DNA from: Klebsormidium nitens
Taxonomy: Eukaryota > Plantae > Klebsormidiophyceae
Assembly (NCBI GenBank): GCA_000708835.1
Contig: DF237050.1
Location: 119,919-183,918, forward strand
DNA: 64,000 nucleotides
Reading direction: 5' to 3'
Shown: piece after piece, positions 13,401 through 27,200 of the stretch
Layout of the letters: every line of letters begins with the position of its first letter
Numbering within the stretch: position 1 is the first letter of the stretch
Translations under genes and position numbers: made by a program
The notes under the pieces: model-generated
Databases searched by the model: none
What the model saw: only the letters and a program-made list of their open reading frames with translations
What the model was told of the DNA's origin: nothing

Positions 13401-14019
13401 ATTCATTTTAAAGATAACTTTCCAGGATGAGATATCTGGAGGGCTGTGACGTACTTGGAAAGCTTCTGGCAAACTGATTATCTGCAGTGCAGTCGATCCC
13501 AACTGCGTTCATTTCGAAACTGCACAAGTCACCGACCAGATCGTCTGCCTTCTTCTTCATCAGCAAAGTTTGCAAGTTCAAGTGAAGCAGTCATAACCGT
13601 CTGTGATGGCTGTGCGAAGGTAGAGCTGTACCTCTGATGTCATCTCTTCCTGGTTGCCGTTGTCAATCCTTACAGGCGAGAAGAAGTCACGAATTCACGC
13701 AATCAGCCTTGAACCTTTTTGCATTCCAGCTGTGGTCCGCTTCCGCTGGATACGTGGTAAACCCGACACCCGTCCAACCGAGCAGGTGGAGGCCGAAAAG
13801 CCGAACCCAACCATCTTTCTGCGGGCTTGCGAGCTGCTGGGGGTGCCTCCCGAGGAGGCGGTCCACGTCGGGGACGACCGCAGAAACGACGTGTGGGGGG
13901 CGCGGGACGCCGGGTGCGGTGATGCATGGTTGTGGGGAGATGACGTCACCTCGTTTGCTGAGGTGGCCACGAGGATGGGCGTTGCGGTCGCGGAAGCGGA
14001 GGAGCCGCTTGTTGCCTAG
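10493..14019 (+). CDS. HAD-superfamily hydrolase, HDHD3/REG-2-like, with long N-terminal extension, about 415 aa
   Basis: Exons 10493-11128, 11592-11698, 12264-12372, 12949-13110 and 13786-14019. Motif I LLVDAAGTL, motif II VVSNFD, motif III EKPNPTIF, motif IV HVGDDRRNDVWGA. Confidence 0.9.
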
Positions 14020-15499
14020 GCGGCGTTAAGACGAAAGGTGGAGGGGGGGCCAAAGAGCGGTGGCTGTCGGAATGGCTTGATGCTCTGCATGTCATGTTTG
14101 TATGCGGATCCAACGAGTAATGGGTACTTGTTGGTTTTGCTTGCGGTGGAGACTGAGGAACGTCCAAGGTGGGTGGTTGTACGTACTGGTAGGGAAGCTG
14201 GATCGATTAGGGGGCCGGTTGCAAGCTGCTTCAGGTTGGTGGGGGTATCACCAACAGTTTTGTTACGGTGCAGTCAACCAGCTCGTGGGTGTGAGTGGAA
14301 GTGGGGAGATTTGAACACGAGAAAGAGGCAGGCTCGTCTAGGCGGAGCTTTCAACAAGTTGTGCATGCAGGTATTGGTTACGCTTGCAAGCGTAACGGAT
14401 TGGCCAGGACGATCGAGGGGGAGTGATTGTGATAGGCTGCTTACGGATCGAGCAGCCAATTGATCCTCTTGACGCATTCAAATAGGGGCAGTATACAAAT
14501 CTTCTCGAAAAATAAGGTAGACAAATGTCCATATTTCAGGCTGCATAAGAGAAGGAGAGCTACAAGTATAGACACAACTAGCTGTTAGCTGCGCGCAAGA
14601 ATAAGGCTGCAGCAGTTAACCGGGACTAGATGTAATGTCTCGACATAGACAAAGGGCTCCTGTGATAAGTAAGGACCAGCTGCTAACGCGCACATTCAAA
14701 AGCTGGTCGCACAATTACACTTCCATTAACGAGCCAAAAACTCTTGCCAATCCAGCCGGCCTGGATAAGTGATCCGAGTACAATCAGTCAGTTTTTCATT
14801 TCGCGGCAATCGCACTTGACATGGCGCTATAGCTGGAGCTATGACGTGTATTCTCTAGAAGGTCGCCGAATGATGACCCGGTGGATTACGGCGTCTCTAG
14901 GGGGCGCGCCATTTACATAGAGCTCTCGCGCGCGCCAAAATAATAGTCAGATTTCAATATGTCCAATCATCTATATACAGATTTTTCTCTCACAACTCAG
15001 TGTACACGTCGACATGGTCATACGTCGACTATTTCGATGTTCTGAACTTACATGCATGCTTTTGACACCGAGCTCTAGCCGCCCGTTCATGAGCCACTCA
15101 ACAACTTCCCAGTCGATCAGTTTCGTTCAAAGATTATTCTTAAGCTGTGTGGTCGAACAGGAAATAAGTAGTGGAAACACGAACCACCGCTTTACGAGAG
15201 CAGTTGCTTTGCTTTTTGTAAGGATCTGTCTATGTACAGATAGTAGAGTTACTACAGTGAGCAGGATCGTAGCCACAGAGCTCCCTGACAACCACGGCAA
15301 GCAGCGTTTATTGTTTCGACGAATTGAAGCTCATAGACCTGTTCATCTTACCAAGTGGACGATGAAGTAACAGTCCAATGTTGTCCAAAAGGTTCGAAGC
15401 GAGCTGCTGAACCAATCTTAAGCCCCACGCGTGCACAACCAACAGAATGGCGAGCCAATCAAAGAATGATCCAAAACGGCCCCGCAACCAACGCTGACG
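14020..15499. other. Tail-to-tail spacer 2, palindrome/RY-rich
   Basis: Contains ATCCAG-ccggc-CTGGAT (14750-14766), GGCGCGCC, AGAGCTCT, a (GC)n run near 14930 and CATGCATG near 15050. Confidence 0.55.
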
Positions 15500-18400
15500 T
15501 CAAACCATCGCTAAGTGCGTCAGAGGGGCGGCCACGAACGACTTCTTCGTCTGGTCCAGCGGCGGCGTTCCATACGGAGTAGTCCGCTGCTCGGGCCGCC
15601 TCCCAAGTGACGTGATCAAGGCTTCCATCGCAGACGGCGCGAGCTCCTGCCCGTGCTCTGCGCCCGCTGCCCGCGTGATGCTCTCGTTCATAAGGGATCC
15701 CCCCATATCGTTGCACCCAACCGCAAGCAGCGACTGGGCGCCGCCAGGGCCCATCTTCACCCACGAGGCTGCATGAGTAGGGGCCAGATCATAGGATTCA
15801 GGCTTTCCTTGGGAGTACCCCGTCGGTTGAAACATTTCTGAATGAATCTCTTAACTCTTGGAAGCCGGTACGACCTGGACATAACTTTGCTTTGATTGTA
15901 AGGGCAGACTTGAGCGGCATGTCGCACAGCACTTGTTGGTTGTCCTTGTCACCAGTCAAACAAGAAGAAGCATGATTAAAGCCTACAAACAAATCCAGGC
16001 GGTAAACGGCACAAGCTAGAGAAATGAGCCAGCACTTATGACCTCGGATGCTCAACGCAAAGTCTTTGACGAACCCGAACTAACAGAGTTTCTCACGCTG
16101 AAGCTAGAAAACTTGCTGGTCCGCACCTTGGATGTTGGCGATGTGCGGATGCAGTGCGAGCCGCGCTACGGCGTGCATGAGCGTGCACTCGCGCATGGTG
16201 GGCCCACGGCGCGCGCGGCCCTTGAGGAACACGGGCGCCTCCATGTGGACGAACGGCAGCGGGACGAACTCCGTGATGCCACGTGTCCGCTTCTGGAGGT
16301 CCCGCAGGTGGAGCAGGTGACGGGCCCTGGCGAGACCGGGTTCGAATCATGAGAAGCGTGCAGGTTGAACTTGGCAGATTTCAGGACGATACTCACGATG
16401 CCACGTGTCAGCTCTGGTAATCCCACGGTTGAGGCAACAACGGACCCCAGAAGGTTGCAAACTACGAGGAGAAACGAAGACACCGTGATTGATAGAATTA
16501 TAAATATAATCATATTAAACAGCCAAGATAGGAGCGCTAAAGCGAGACTACGACCGCGACTTCCACGAAAGCAAACCAATCCGTAGCTCCATACCAGTTG
16601 CGCGGACGGTCCAGGTGTCCGAACATGATGGTGGACGTGGTCCGCAGGCCCGTCCGGTGCGCGGCCTCCACGACGCCCAGCCACTCGGCCGTCGTCAGCT
16701 TGTCCGGGCACAGCACGGTCCGTACCTCGTCGTCCAGTACCTCGGCCGCGGTCCCCGGTAGCGACCCTAGCCCCGCGGCCTGAAGGCGACCAAGAAAGGC
16801 GTCCACGCTGTGGCAATGGTAGGCAAGTGAGTTAAGAGATTAATCTCCGAAAAAAAATGAGCGGAGATAATAATAAGGTCACCACACTCGGACGGGTAAG
16901 GTTAGATTTGGTGGTGAAGGTTGGTATGGTTGCAGAGCACGAAACTTTTTGGAGTGGGATTTTCGCTGTTAGACGGAGCTTACTTGTTAACCTGGTTCAC
17001 CGTCATCTTACTTGACTGTATTTTTAAAGGCGAATCCAGTTTGATGATAGCGGTATCAGAATCAGGCTATTCCTTCTATAAGGTGGCTTAAGTGAGTGCA
17101 TGAGAGGTTGCTGTGGAACCCATATGTACTTTGTCAAGGATGGTCTGAGGTTCCATATGAGCACCGACTTGTGGAATGCAAATTTTGGAATCGCGGTAAT
17201 TCATAATAGTTGCTAGTTGCGCCAGAAGTAAAGTCCGTAATAAGGCTCCGGAAGAAAATTCATGCGCCGATAGTCGAACGGCATCGCAGTGGTAGTCACA
17301 ACCAATCCGCGGTCCAGAAGATTCTTGGACTACGAATGATATCAGTTCCACGATGGGAGTCCACGAAATTGAATTTCAGGACCTGCTTTAGTAGCCTGGA
17401 GTCAGGAACACCTTCAGAAGGCAGGAAACGACTAGGATGCAGACGGCACATTTGAATCGCTCCGTCCAGAACACAGAAAGCTTTGTAAAAGACCGGATGA
17501 GAGAATCATTCCCGGCACCAGGAAATGTGTTTTGCTCATGCTCGAAGGCTTTCTATATGCTTTGCAAGGTCGCAGCGCTGCAAACTGCCATGCAACATCA
17601 AACTGCCGTCCGTTCCCCAAACAATCAGCTCTCCCATCATAACCAGCAATTCAGGATCGTCGAGTCTCGAAAGTCCCTTTCCACCCTGCCATTGAACAAT
17701 GCGCACGTTCCCCACCTGATTCCCAGCGTCGCCGCTCCTTGAAACACCTCCAGCGGCGAGAACGCGTGCACGTGGATGTCCGGCGCAGCGGCTTTTACCA
17801 CCGCCAGAATGTCAAGGTACGTCTGCCCCGTGAAGTCAGGGTGAATGCCCCCCTGCATGCACACCTCGGTGGCCCCCCGGGCCCAGGCTTCCGTGGCGCG
17901 GCGACCGATCTCTTCCAGAGCTAACACGTACGGTTTGCCGCGCAGGTTTTCGCTGAACCGGCCCTTGCTGAAGGCGCAGAACTGGCAGCGGTACGTGCAC
18001 ACGTTGGTGTAGTTGATGTTGCGGTTCACCACGTATGTTACCTGCCAGAAGTAGATGCCGCGGATTGACGACAGCAAAAGTTTCAAGCGGATTCCTTCAA
18101 GGGGAATCGGAGGATAAACCACTCTACCATGCAACTGCAGTAAGGACCTCCCAAGCGCAACGATTGCGAGGATTGCGAGGACCCTGCGGCTGGCCATTGA
18201 TGAGGCTATCCATCCTATCATCGTTCTGAAACCTAGTAGACTTACATGTTCTGCCACTGTGTAAACAATATTTCGCTACTGCTCACTCCGCTTTCTGTAA
18301 CTTCCATTTCCACTACGAGTATAGAGCTTTGGACTCGCTCTTCTTTAAACCTCCAAGAAATGAGCACCCGGAGCCTCACCTTATCGCCGTTCACCTGCCT

Positions 18401-21400
18401 CCGCAGCTCATCCGCAGCCTGGCAGATCGCCACGAAGTCATCCCCTCGGGCCCGGAACAGCCCCTCGATCTCGGCTTCCGTCAAATCCTGGCCGTCCATC
18501 GCTCTGCTCAGCACGTCCCTGACTCCAGGAGATACTCCCAAGCCTGCTGACGTCAACCCGTCGTCCGCTGACGGCCGGCCGCGTCCATAGAGCGTCCCGT
18601 CGGCGCTCACTTGGATCTTGCTGTCTCTGCTCGCACTTGTGCGACTTGAAAGATGGGCTTCTTTCACAAAAGCTTCGAATCTATCACCACCTCTATCCGT
18701 GGGCTCGCTCGTAAACCTACCCGAGGTCGAAGGTTCCGACTTGACGGTCTGTTCCGTACCTCGCCCGTTCGTCTCGTCACTCGCTTCCTCGTCCGTTGCC
18801 GGCTGGCACGTCTCTGCGTGCTCCTCTGACGTCACCCCTCCGTCATTCCGCCCTCCGCTCAGAGCCTCCAGCAAAGGAGGCGGCTGCAGAGCCAACCCCG
18901 GGGACCAGTCCTCTGCCCTCGCGTATCCTAGGGCGTCGGAGGACGCCAGCACGACACGTGTCACCTCGGGATCCAGCCACGTCGCAGCGTCAGCAAGATA
19001 CTCGGGGTAGACCGCCAGCCGGGGGACCAGGACTTTGCCGGCTGCACGAGTGGCGTCTGCCAGCACGGAGATGTGCGGCCAGGGTGCCTGGAGGAATTCG
19101 ATGAGAGTGTGGTCTCGGAGAATGTCATTATAGGACGCTTTGGAAACTGTGCTCGCTCTAGATGTTCTTAAAGTGGGTCGGGCAAAGCCGCAGATTCATT
19201 TGTTTAAACAGGAGGAAAGATCTGGGCGTCGTATCATGGGCGTATTAGAGCCTGTTGGGTGGTTCAAAAGCGGAACATCATTGCAGGAATGGGCTCTCTA
19301 AGATCAAGCTGCACGCTCTGAGCTGATGACAGGCACTGGACCTAGAAAACGACGACCAGTGTGTGCATCGCATAACGAAAAGGCCACTTGATCGGCGGCC
19401 AAATCCGAGGATGCAATGCTGACGTGACTGGGCTGGGTAGTTCTATTAGCTCCAACCAGCGGCAGCCTTTCGCAAACGCGGCCCACTCACCTCGGGGTTA
19501 ACCCAGTCCTTGGTTACCGGCGAGATGCCTCCCCAGTCGTTGATCCCCGCGCCAATCAGCGCCTGCCATTCCAGGGCCGCCGTGCTCTGCTCGGGCCCTG
19601 CGGGGGTCAGGTTCGGGGGGGCCTGGATGCTCATGGCCGGTCCGAAAGCCAGACGCGCCATCGCCACCGTCCAAAGCAGCTCCTCAATCGACGGCTCGGG
19701 CGCGTCCGACATTGCCGTCCCTTCCTTTCGTCTGCGGGGTGAAAGCAAAGATGCTCTTCGATCAAAATTGCTTGGATATGATACGTATAGCATAAACCTA
19801 AAGAGTCCCTGGCCGAAGCTCGGCAGAAGCTTCGAGTATGGTGAGCATGATTCACGGTCGGCTCCAAAGAAAGCAAACGTTTTCTTCTCTTCCTATCGCT
19901 TTGCAGGTTCGAAAAAAAATGATCAATCAATCAAGGGCAACAGCGTCAGCCGTCAGGCCTCCAAGTCCTGATTTTTTGAAGAGGCCCGTTTCCAGGGACC
20001 CCTTTTCGGAAGCGTGGATTAGGAGTGGACATCCTAATCTGCAACCTTGAACATCGTGTCATCGTACGGATGGTCAAATGAAAGTAGGAAAGCCAGCTGC
20101 AAGAAGCAAGATCAAGTGGGATTAAGCAGTACAAGACAAAAGTTGAAAAGTCCCCAAAGCAACCGTCTACCACGTGGAATGAGATGCATTAGCGCGCACC
20201 TGAAGTTTTGGATGATGAGCTCCTGCACGTGTCCGTACTTCTCGTGCAGCTGCCGGATCGCGAGCAGCGCCTCCAACCGCTCCTCGCGCGTCTCCCCGAT
20301 GCCAATCAGCAGGCCCGTCGTGAACGGCACACGCTCCTCGCCTGCACCACGGGTTGACGTCACAGACGACTTCAGCTCCGGAACGAAGACGTCAGCGTCC
20401 TTCTACCCGTTTCGCCCGCCTCCCGCATGCCGCATCCACTTTCGAGGTAAATTGTCGAGGAAACAACTGAAATGCAATTCGACTGCGCTTGCAACAAAGC
20501 CAGCTGAAGTTGAAAGGGGAAGAGCGAAACGAGCCTGCACGACCGTAAGCATATTCACTGTGTCGAGACGAGCGTGGATCGCTCCCGACTGCGCACACAT
20601 GCTTCAACGCAACATACGAGATCCCCACCTGCAGCGGCGATGGTGGCCAGCCTTGCAGCCGGCCGCTTATCGGGGCAGCCAAAGTGCGGCCCTCCCGGCT
20701 CAAAGAGCCGCTCTGAAAGCGATTCCAGCATCAGGCCTTGGCTGGCGGACACCTTCTTGAGGGCTGCCACGTGGCGCCTCCCCATGACGCCAGCATTGAT
20801 ATGAGGGAGAAGACCCGTCTCACGGAGGACCAGTGCGGCTGCAGCTTGGACGTAAGCTAGGGTGGAGTCGAAGCCGAGGCTGGCGAGCTGCAAGAAAGAA
20901 AGATCATTTTCTATTGTCTCGCGAACAACTTCGAACGCTGCCTTTCGTGAACCCAACCGAGGGGTTCGCAGCAGGATTGAGTCTTGATTGACGACCGATG
21001 ACTAGCAAAGGGCGAGATCGAGCAGAGTGCAAGTTTAGGGCGAAGTTGGAATCCAGCTGATGCATGAGAGGCTATGTGGACAGGTGCCTGAGTGTAACGC
21101 AGACCCATCTCGACGAACAGCCGCTCTTGCATCGGTTTTTTGGGGTTAAAAGCTGGTACCTCGTCTTTCGCCTCGGTGTAAAGCAGCTCCGGCTTGTCCC
21201 CCAGTGTGAACAGGGCCTCGGTGCACCCGGCCTCCTTTCCTGCCTGTGCAACCGCCAGTACCTCGTCCAGGGTCATGTACGCACGCTCGCCCGCCTGAAC
21301 AGGGGGCCAAACGATTGATCCTCATACCAATATAAGCTCCGAAATCAGTGCGTGCGTGAATTTTTTCCCTACCGTTCTGACACTAAGGAGAACAAAGTCA

Positions 21401-23360
21401 TAAGAATCGCTGCCTCTCACCTTTAAGCAACTTGTCCCAGTGGTTCAAAATCGTGACGATGAAGAACGATGTCGAGTAGAAAATGACAAAAGAAGCAGCG
21501 CACTTTGACCAGAAGTTTACCCCCGAGTGAAATAATCACGTGGACGACACCGCTTCTGTAGCCTGCAACTTCGACTCCCCTTCTTGCTGAGCTTGGGCAA
21601 AGCGTAGTCGTCAAAAAAGGGGGACAACAGTTGAGGGGAAAGAAACTACGCATGTGAATTGCCACAGGACGACTCCTTGCAAAAAGAGACTCATATCAGA
21701 GAAAGCACACCCAGAAGTGATCAGTGCCGCACCTTTGGGCCCATGGCAAACGTACAGTACCCGCAGGCATCACGGCAGAGCCTAGTCAGCGGGATGAACA
21801 CCTTTGGAGAAAAGGTGACGACTTGCGAGTCTTCCCGTTGGTTCCTGACCCTGGCAGCGGCAGAAACCAAGTTCTGCAATGGCAACTGGGCCAGCCTTTG
21901 CAGATCCTGCAAGGTCAGAGGGTTTGAGTTCAGTTGTTCAGCGGGAAAAGAATGAAAGGAATCGCAAGGGGAAGGGCCTGCTGTGAGTTTGACGTTGCTT
22001 CTCCCCTTTATTTTTTACCTACAATCACAACTGGAAAAGATAATCGAGTATGAACTAATTACAGATTGCAATTGCGCACGTCAAGCAATGCTTTCTTCAT
22101 TTGTAACAAGCGTAAGCAGTGACTTCTGCCAGCAGTTCCCTCATACCGCATCATGGTTGCTCAACATGGGCTTTTCAGCTGGAGCTTATATTTGTAATCA
22201 TTGGGAACTGCAATGGTCCAGGATCAATACCATCCTATGCAATGGCACGCTCTTCAAAATGTACGTGGTCGGGCTCCGCTCACTCCTCAAAGCAGAGTCC
22301 ACTTTACCAGGGCGAACGTAATTAGGCTCGAATGAATCAAAGCTCGAAGTGAAAAACATGCCCTGTAAACTCGACTGGGGCGCAGGCCCAATTGAGAAAC
22401 AGACTGGAATGATGAAGATGAAAGACAAATTGGAACGACTTCTGGCTTCCTTAGCAATCTGAGTAGCTTAGCCTCATTGAAACGAAAGGCCAGACGTTGG
22501 ATATGGAGCTCGCTCAGTCCAAGGGAGTCGAGAAGAAAGTAGCAAAAGCTGTAAGGAGGATAAACAAGAAGTCAGAGAGAAAGTTAGAATGGTATCCAGA
22601 TGTTTGTTGTAACCTGGTTTAACCCAAGAACAAAGTTTTTGGCTATATTCAGATCTCGTTGAGCTTATCATCATTCCCTTCTGCAGACATGTGCGGAAGG
22701 AATGGTTTGTCACCAGAACATTAATTCACAGCATGTCTGCCCCTTTGGGACGGTTCAAAGTGCCACAGCTCGCACCTGTCACTGTTTGCACCCCCATGGA
22801 ACATTAAACACCAGTCCTTTTTGGGCCAGGACACTTTCCATTCAAAGCCATTGTCAACGACGTATGCAGGCTCAGAAGCCTCAAAGGAGCGCCTCAGTAG
22901 TCGGAACCAAACAAGGGCCAGATCTTCACAGCAGCTTCAGAGGGGTCAACTAAAAAACGCCTCGCACCTCCCTGCTCGGAGATTGATAGCCCCCTTGTTC
23001 CAAAGCTCCATCATGAGTCCGACCACCCAGCGCCGATAGCTCCGCGGCTTGGGCCACTCCTCGCACTGGCCGATGGCAGGCTGGAAATTTGCTGAGTCGT
23101 CCAGACCAGGACAAGCTTTGCATGTCATGTGCCAGCTCCGCCCTCAGCTGTCTTCCCAGGAACAGAGAGGGTTGGGGGCCAAAGCTGCTGCAGCTAGGAC
23201 GAAAAGGTCGCCTGGAAAGTTTAGCTAGGTTGGCATCAAATGTCGGCTTTGGGGGGCTAATGAGTGGGCGTGGTGCAACAAGGCAACCAAACGATGGAGC
23301 GCATACACAGCTGCAGGCACCGATTGCCATGGCTGACCGTCCGGTAGATGCCTCTGCCAA
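15500..23360 (-). CDS. fbiC: Bifunctional FO (7,8-didemethyl-8-hydroxy-5-deazariboflavin) synthase, CofG-CofH fusion, about 1019 aa
   Basis: Eleven exons: 23360-22968, 21906-21733, 21294-21160, 20887-20629, 20341-20200, 19731-19491, 19087-18380, 18041-17716, 16807-16595, 16326-16127, 15768-15500, all phases consistent. Two radical-SAM motifs: [16 protein letters not shown] (CofG) and [19 protein letters not shown] (CofH). Also [12 protein letters not shown] and SWVKMG. Confidence 0.93.
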
Positions 23361-24236
23361 TCAGATTACTCAATCGAGGTCCTTCTCTTACGAACTTAGC
23401 ACACGGCGCCTCAGCAATCAACAGTGTGGCGGTTGCAGCCGCCCCGAAGGCAGGCTATCCGTCCGGCTTGTTCTGCCAGGTGCTTGCCTGATGGCAACAG
23501 CATCTGTGTCTTTCTAGCATTCGTTGACCTTTGAGAAGTTTCAAGGAAAAATTTGGATCATTCTACAATCTGGGGGGCCAAAGGTTTCAAGTTGCAACTT
23601 GCGCACTTCTTGCGTTCGGAAGAGCTCAATGATGTGTACATGGCTCTTCTCCAGCACCTATGCTGATTGAACCTGCGTCCTCATCCGCGAGCTTTTCGAG
23701 GCCGCCCCTGGCCCTGGCCCCTCTTCAACTTGTCGGCGTTGATGCAATGCTGCACCGCGTTCAAGTTTTGATTCCGAGTCTCAAAAGCGAGTGTGAAATG
23801 CTTTCCGGCCTTCCGTCCGATCCGAGGAGGTCCGCCGGACTGCTCCGTTCATAGTGCCAGATAACTTGGAAGCTCTAGAGACTAGAGCAAGCCAGCTGAA
23901 AATGGCTTGTCCTGAGCTACCTACTGTACATGTAGACGCAACTGAATGAGCTGAAGACGATCTGTTCGTATGCTACAGCTTGCATCGCATGAAGGGCGTC
24001 TTCTTCGGCGCTTTTTCCCTTGGCCTGAACGGTTCTTCTTGTTTGGTGGCAATGAAAGCAAGCATCCATTGCGGCGGCCCTCTTCAAGTTTTTGAATCTT
24101 GAGCAAGCCGATTTTGGATCCAGCCAGTTTGCGAGTGGCAAATCCTGGTTGCAGTCGGAACAGTTGAATATAGAGCTTCGAGTGGTGGGCTCATACTGTT
24201 TGTCACCGGAATCTCCTTGGAGGAGTTTTCGCCAAT

Positions 24237-27200
24237 ATGCCGGGGACAAAGAAAACGGACCCCCCAGCTGGGGGAGCTGAGGACATGGAGGGCATCATGG
24301 AGGCAGTGGCCCAGTATCGCCAAGCGAAGCTGCGGGGGCAGGTGGAGGCGGACCCCCAGATTGATGTGAGCTGGGACCAGGTTTCGTGCTGAGTCCATCG
24401 CATGCTGTCAGGCAGATGCGCTTTGCTGACCACTTGTAGGAGGGTGGACTTGGTGGTTTAAAAAGGGAAGAGCAGCGGGGTGTATGCACTGATTTTTGCA
24501 GTGAATAGCTGTTATTTCCTCAATTGTTCCAAAAGCTCAAGATTAAGTTTCCAGGAGGGAAAGGTAACAAGTAATCCCAAATTTGAATGGTAGTTGGGCG
24601 GGGTACATCTGATCTGCTGGGATTATACCTGTAGGTTGCCAATCAGCCCAAAACCTCCGCTTTTGCCCCTGCATTGTAGGTCACTTATGGCAGCATGCTC
24701 ATTACTGAGACGGCACGTTGAGAACTTTTCAGAAGTTTCTAGTGGCAAGTTGGAAAACTTCAATGGTGCCAAATTTCATCATCAATGACGGACGTCTTCG
24801 ATGCTTACTGAACAGAATATTTACAAGAGGTCCCATACTCTCTGCTTCGTTGACAAGGGAGCTTTGTGATGTCAGTCTCGTATTGATCAACAACGTCATT
24901 CTGGACAAACACTTCACTTCTCACCTGCAGGCAATCTGGGAGCTGATGCAGAAGGCCCAGGCAGAGGGCGTTCTGGGACAGGACTTCAAGCTGCCGAGCA
25001 GCGCCAGGGAGCCTGCCCCTCAGGCGGAGGCAGAAGAGATTACGCCGGAGCCAGGATTTGTGGTCAAGACTGCAGACGAGGAGAGGGGCGCCAAGGTCTT
25101 CATCAACGTCTGTGGCTCAGACAAGGTGAGGTTGCAATCTCTGGGGCAGTGCTTAGATCAAGCTTCAAGGCAGTCATCAGAAGACACCTCTGAAAATTGT
25201 TCCTTTGAGATGCAGAATCAAAGTTAAGACTTCGTCGGAACACAAAACAAGCACCTCATGTGACACCGGTGTATCAGGTGCTTTTCAACTTAGAACTTCG
25301 CGTCTGTCAAAGTGTGAAAGCATCGATCAGTTCCTTGCAACATGAGAGGGCCGCCTTCTTTCACACGCTTCTTACATCCGTCGAAATCGGCTACCATGCT
25401 TGTTTCATCTCAGACCATGGCCTTCCGGGTTGCAGGTAGCCGCGCCTGGTGATTGGAAAAATGGTGTCCCCAAGGAAGTCGAAGAAGCGATGGGGGAGCT
25501 TGATGGGGATCCAAACATGCCAACGTCCACGAGCATTGACGAGACGCTGCGCTTCCCACTCAGCCTCTCCGATCCATTCACATCAACCGACAAGGGTGAG
25601 CCTTCATTCACACACGATTTCAACTTCATCCTTTCCACCGAATCATCCCTCTCCAAGAGAGCATTTGGCCCAGATTTTGGGTTGCCATGGCAAACAAGGA
25701 CCACATGCCGACTGTAAGGTCTCTTCACCGATCAACAGCCGGAGTCTTAGTATCAGGGCATGTCTTATGACGCCCACTTGTCGCGTTGTAACGTGTCATT
25801 TTTAATGACCGTTTCACTCCTTTCTCGTCGGGCCAATATCAGAAAATCAGTATGCCTCCGTGTAGCGTTTCGTGGCGTCTAAGTGTGACTTGAAATATAG
25901 ACGTGCTCAAGGCGTAAGATCGGGAAACTTCCGGTGAACCAGTTTGAGGGGGCTTGTAAATTATGCATTTTACTATATTGCCTGGCCGAACCTAGTCATT
26001 ATTTAGACTCTCAATCGGCAACACGAGAATTCCCATTTGGAAAGGGTCCCACTGACGGGTTCTGCTTAATCTAGCCCTTGCTTGTAGCACAATCTCGTCA
26101 GCATGTTGAGCTGTTCTGCCGACTCATTTTCGAGCATGCAATGCATAGTCGCCCAAAGGAGACTCTCACCTTGCTCTCAAAGTTTTTTGAGCCTACTCCA
26201 AACATCAGTGCTCGGCGCTTCCGCAGGCGGCGCTGAGTGCACCGTATACGACATCGTTCTCAACTCCGAGGTGGTGAAGAACGCCAAGTTGCCGGGCCCT
26301 CTTGCGCGCCGCTTGAAAACGTTTCTGGTGGAGCTGTGCATGGGCTGGGTGGCGCACAAGCACGGCGTGCGGCTGGACCCCAAGTACAAGCTGCCCCGCT
26401 CTAGTTACAAGGGCGACGGGCGGGCCAAGCACCGGATACGCGCTGAGACCAAGCCGCTTATCCAGGAAGTGGCGGGTAAGGCGGGGAGTCTTCCGTTATA
26501 TTTTAGAATCGTAAGGCAGTGAACCATGAAGGGCTCATTTGCTCTATGTGGGAGCTCGTAAAGGAACGGGTACCTTGAGGACGGGCGGCATCTCTCCTTA
26601 CAGTTGCGCCGCCTAGGATGAGTAATGCTCAGAGAGGAAAAGCACCTGTCTCCATTTTGACTGACGTGGACTTTGCAGGCGTCTCTCTGTTTGCCTTTGA
26701 CTTGAGACTCTGATCGTGTCTCCTGACGAGCGTGCCGATTTTCTGTGCGCAGGCTCCGACGACGATCGGCCTAGCTTTGGTTTGGGGTTCGACCAGAAGG
26801 CGCGGGCCAAACCCGTAGCACCCCGCACAGACGCAGCCTCCGAACCCTCGAGACCCGGCTCAACGGCTCAGGCGGAAGCATCGCTACCAACTCCAGACTT
26901 CTCTGTCGAGTATGAAGGCCGACCCGTCGAAGCGACAACAGTGACGGTCAACTTGCCCGCTATTGTGAGTGGGCCTGGGGACGGGCTCTACTTTTTCGCT
27001 AAGTTCTTGAATTGGTCATCGATTTCAAAATCGGTCATTGCTCGCACATCGACCTCAGAATGGGGACCGACTCGACATCTTATTCCAGCCTGATGGCTTC
27101 CTTCAAGTAGCTCTCGATTACCAAGATTACTTGGCTGTGCGCTCTTGTTAAACAATGGTACCCATGGGATGGCGACTCTACAAAACTTCTTCGAGAGTAC

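Noticed and set aside
23917-24249. 110-aa - strand ORF with Cys pairs (CSDC...CFHC) in the fbiC/PIH1 divergent interval
   Set aside because: It overlaps the PIH1 start, the spacing fits no zinc finger I recognise, and no splice partner was found. Probably chance, though it is the one ORF that could break the strand alternation.
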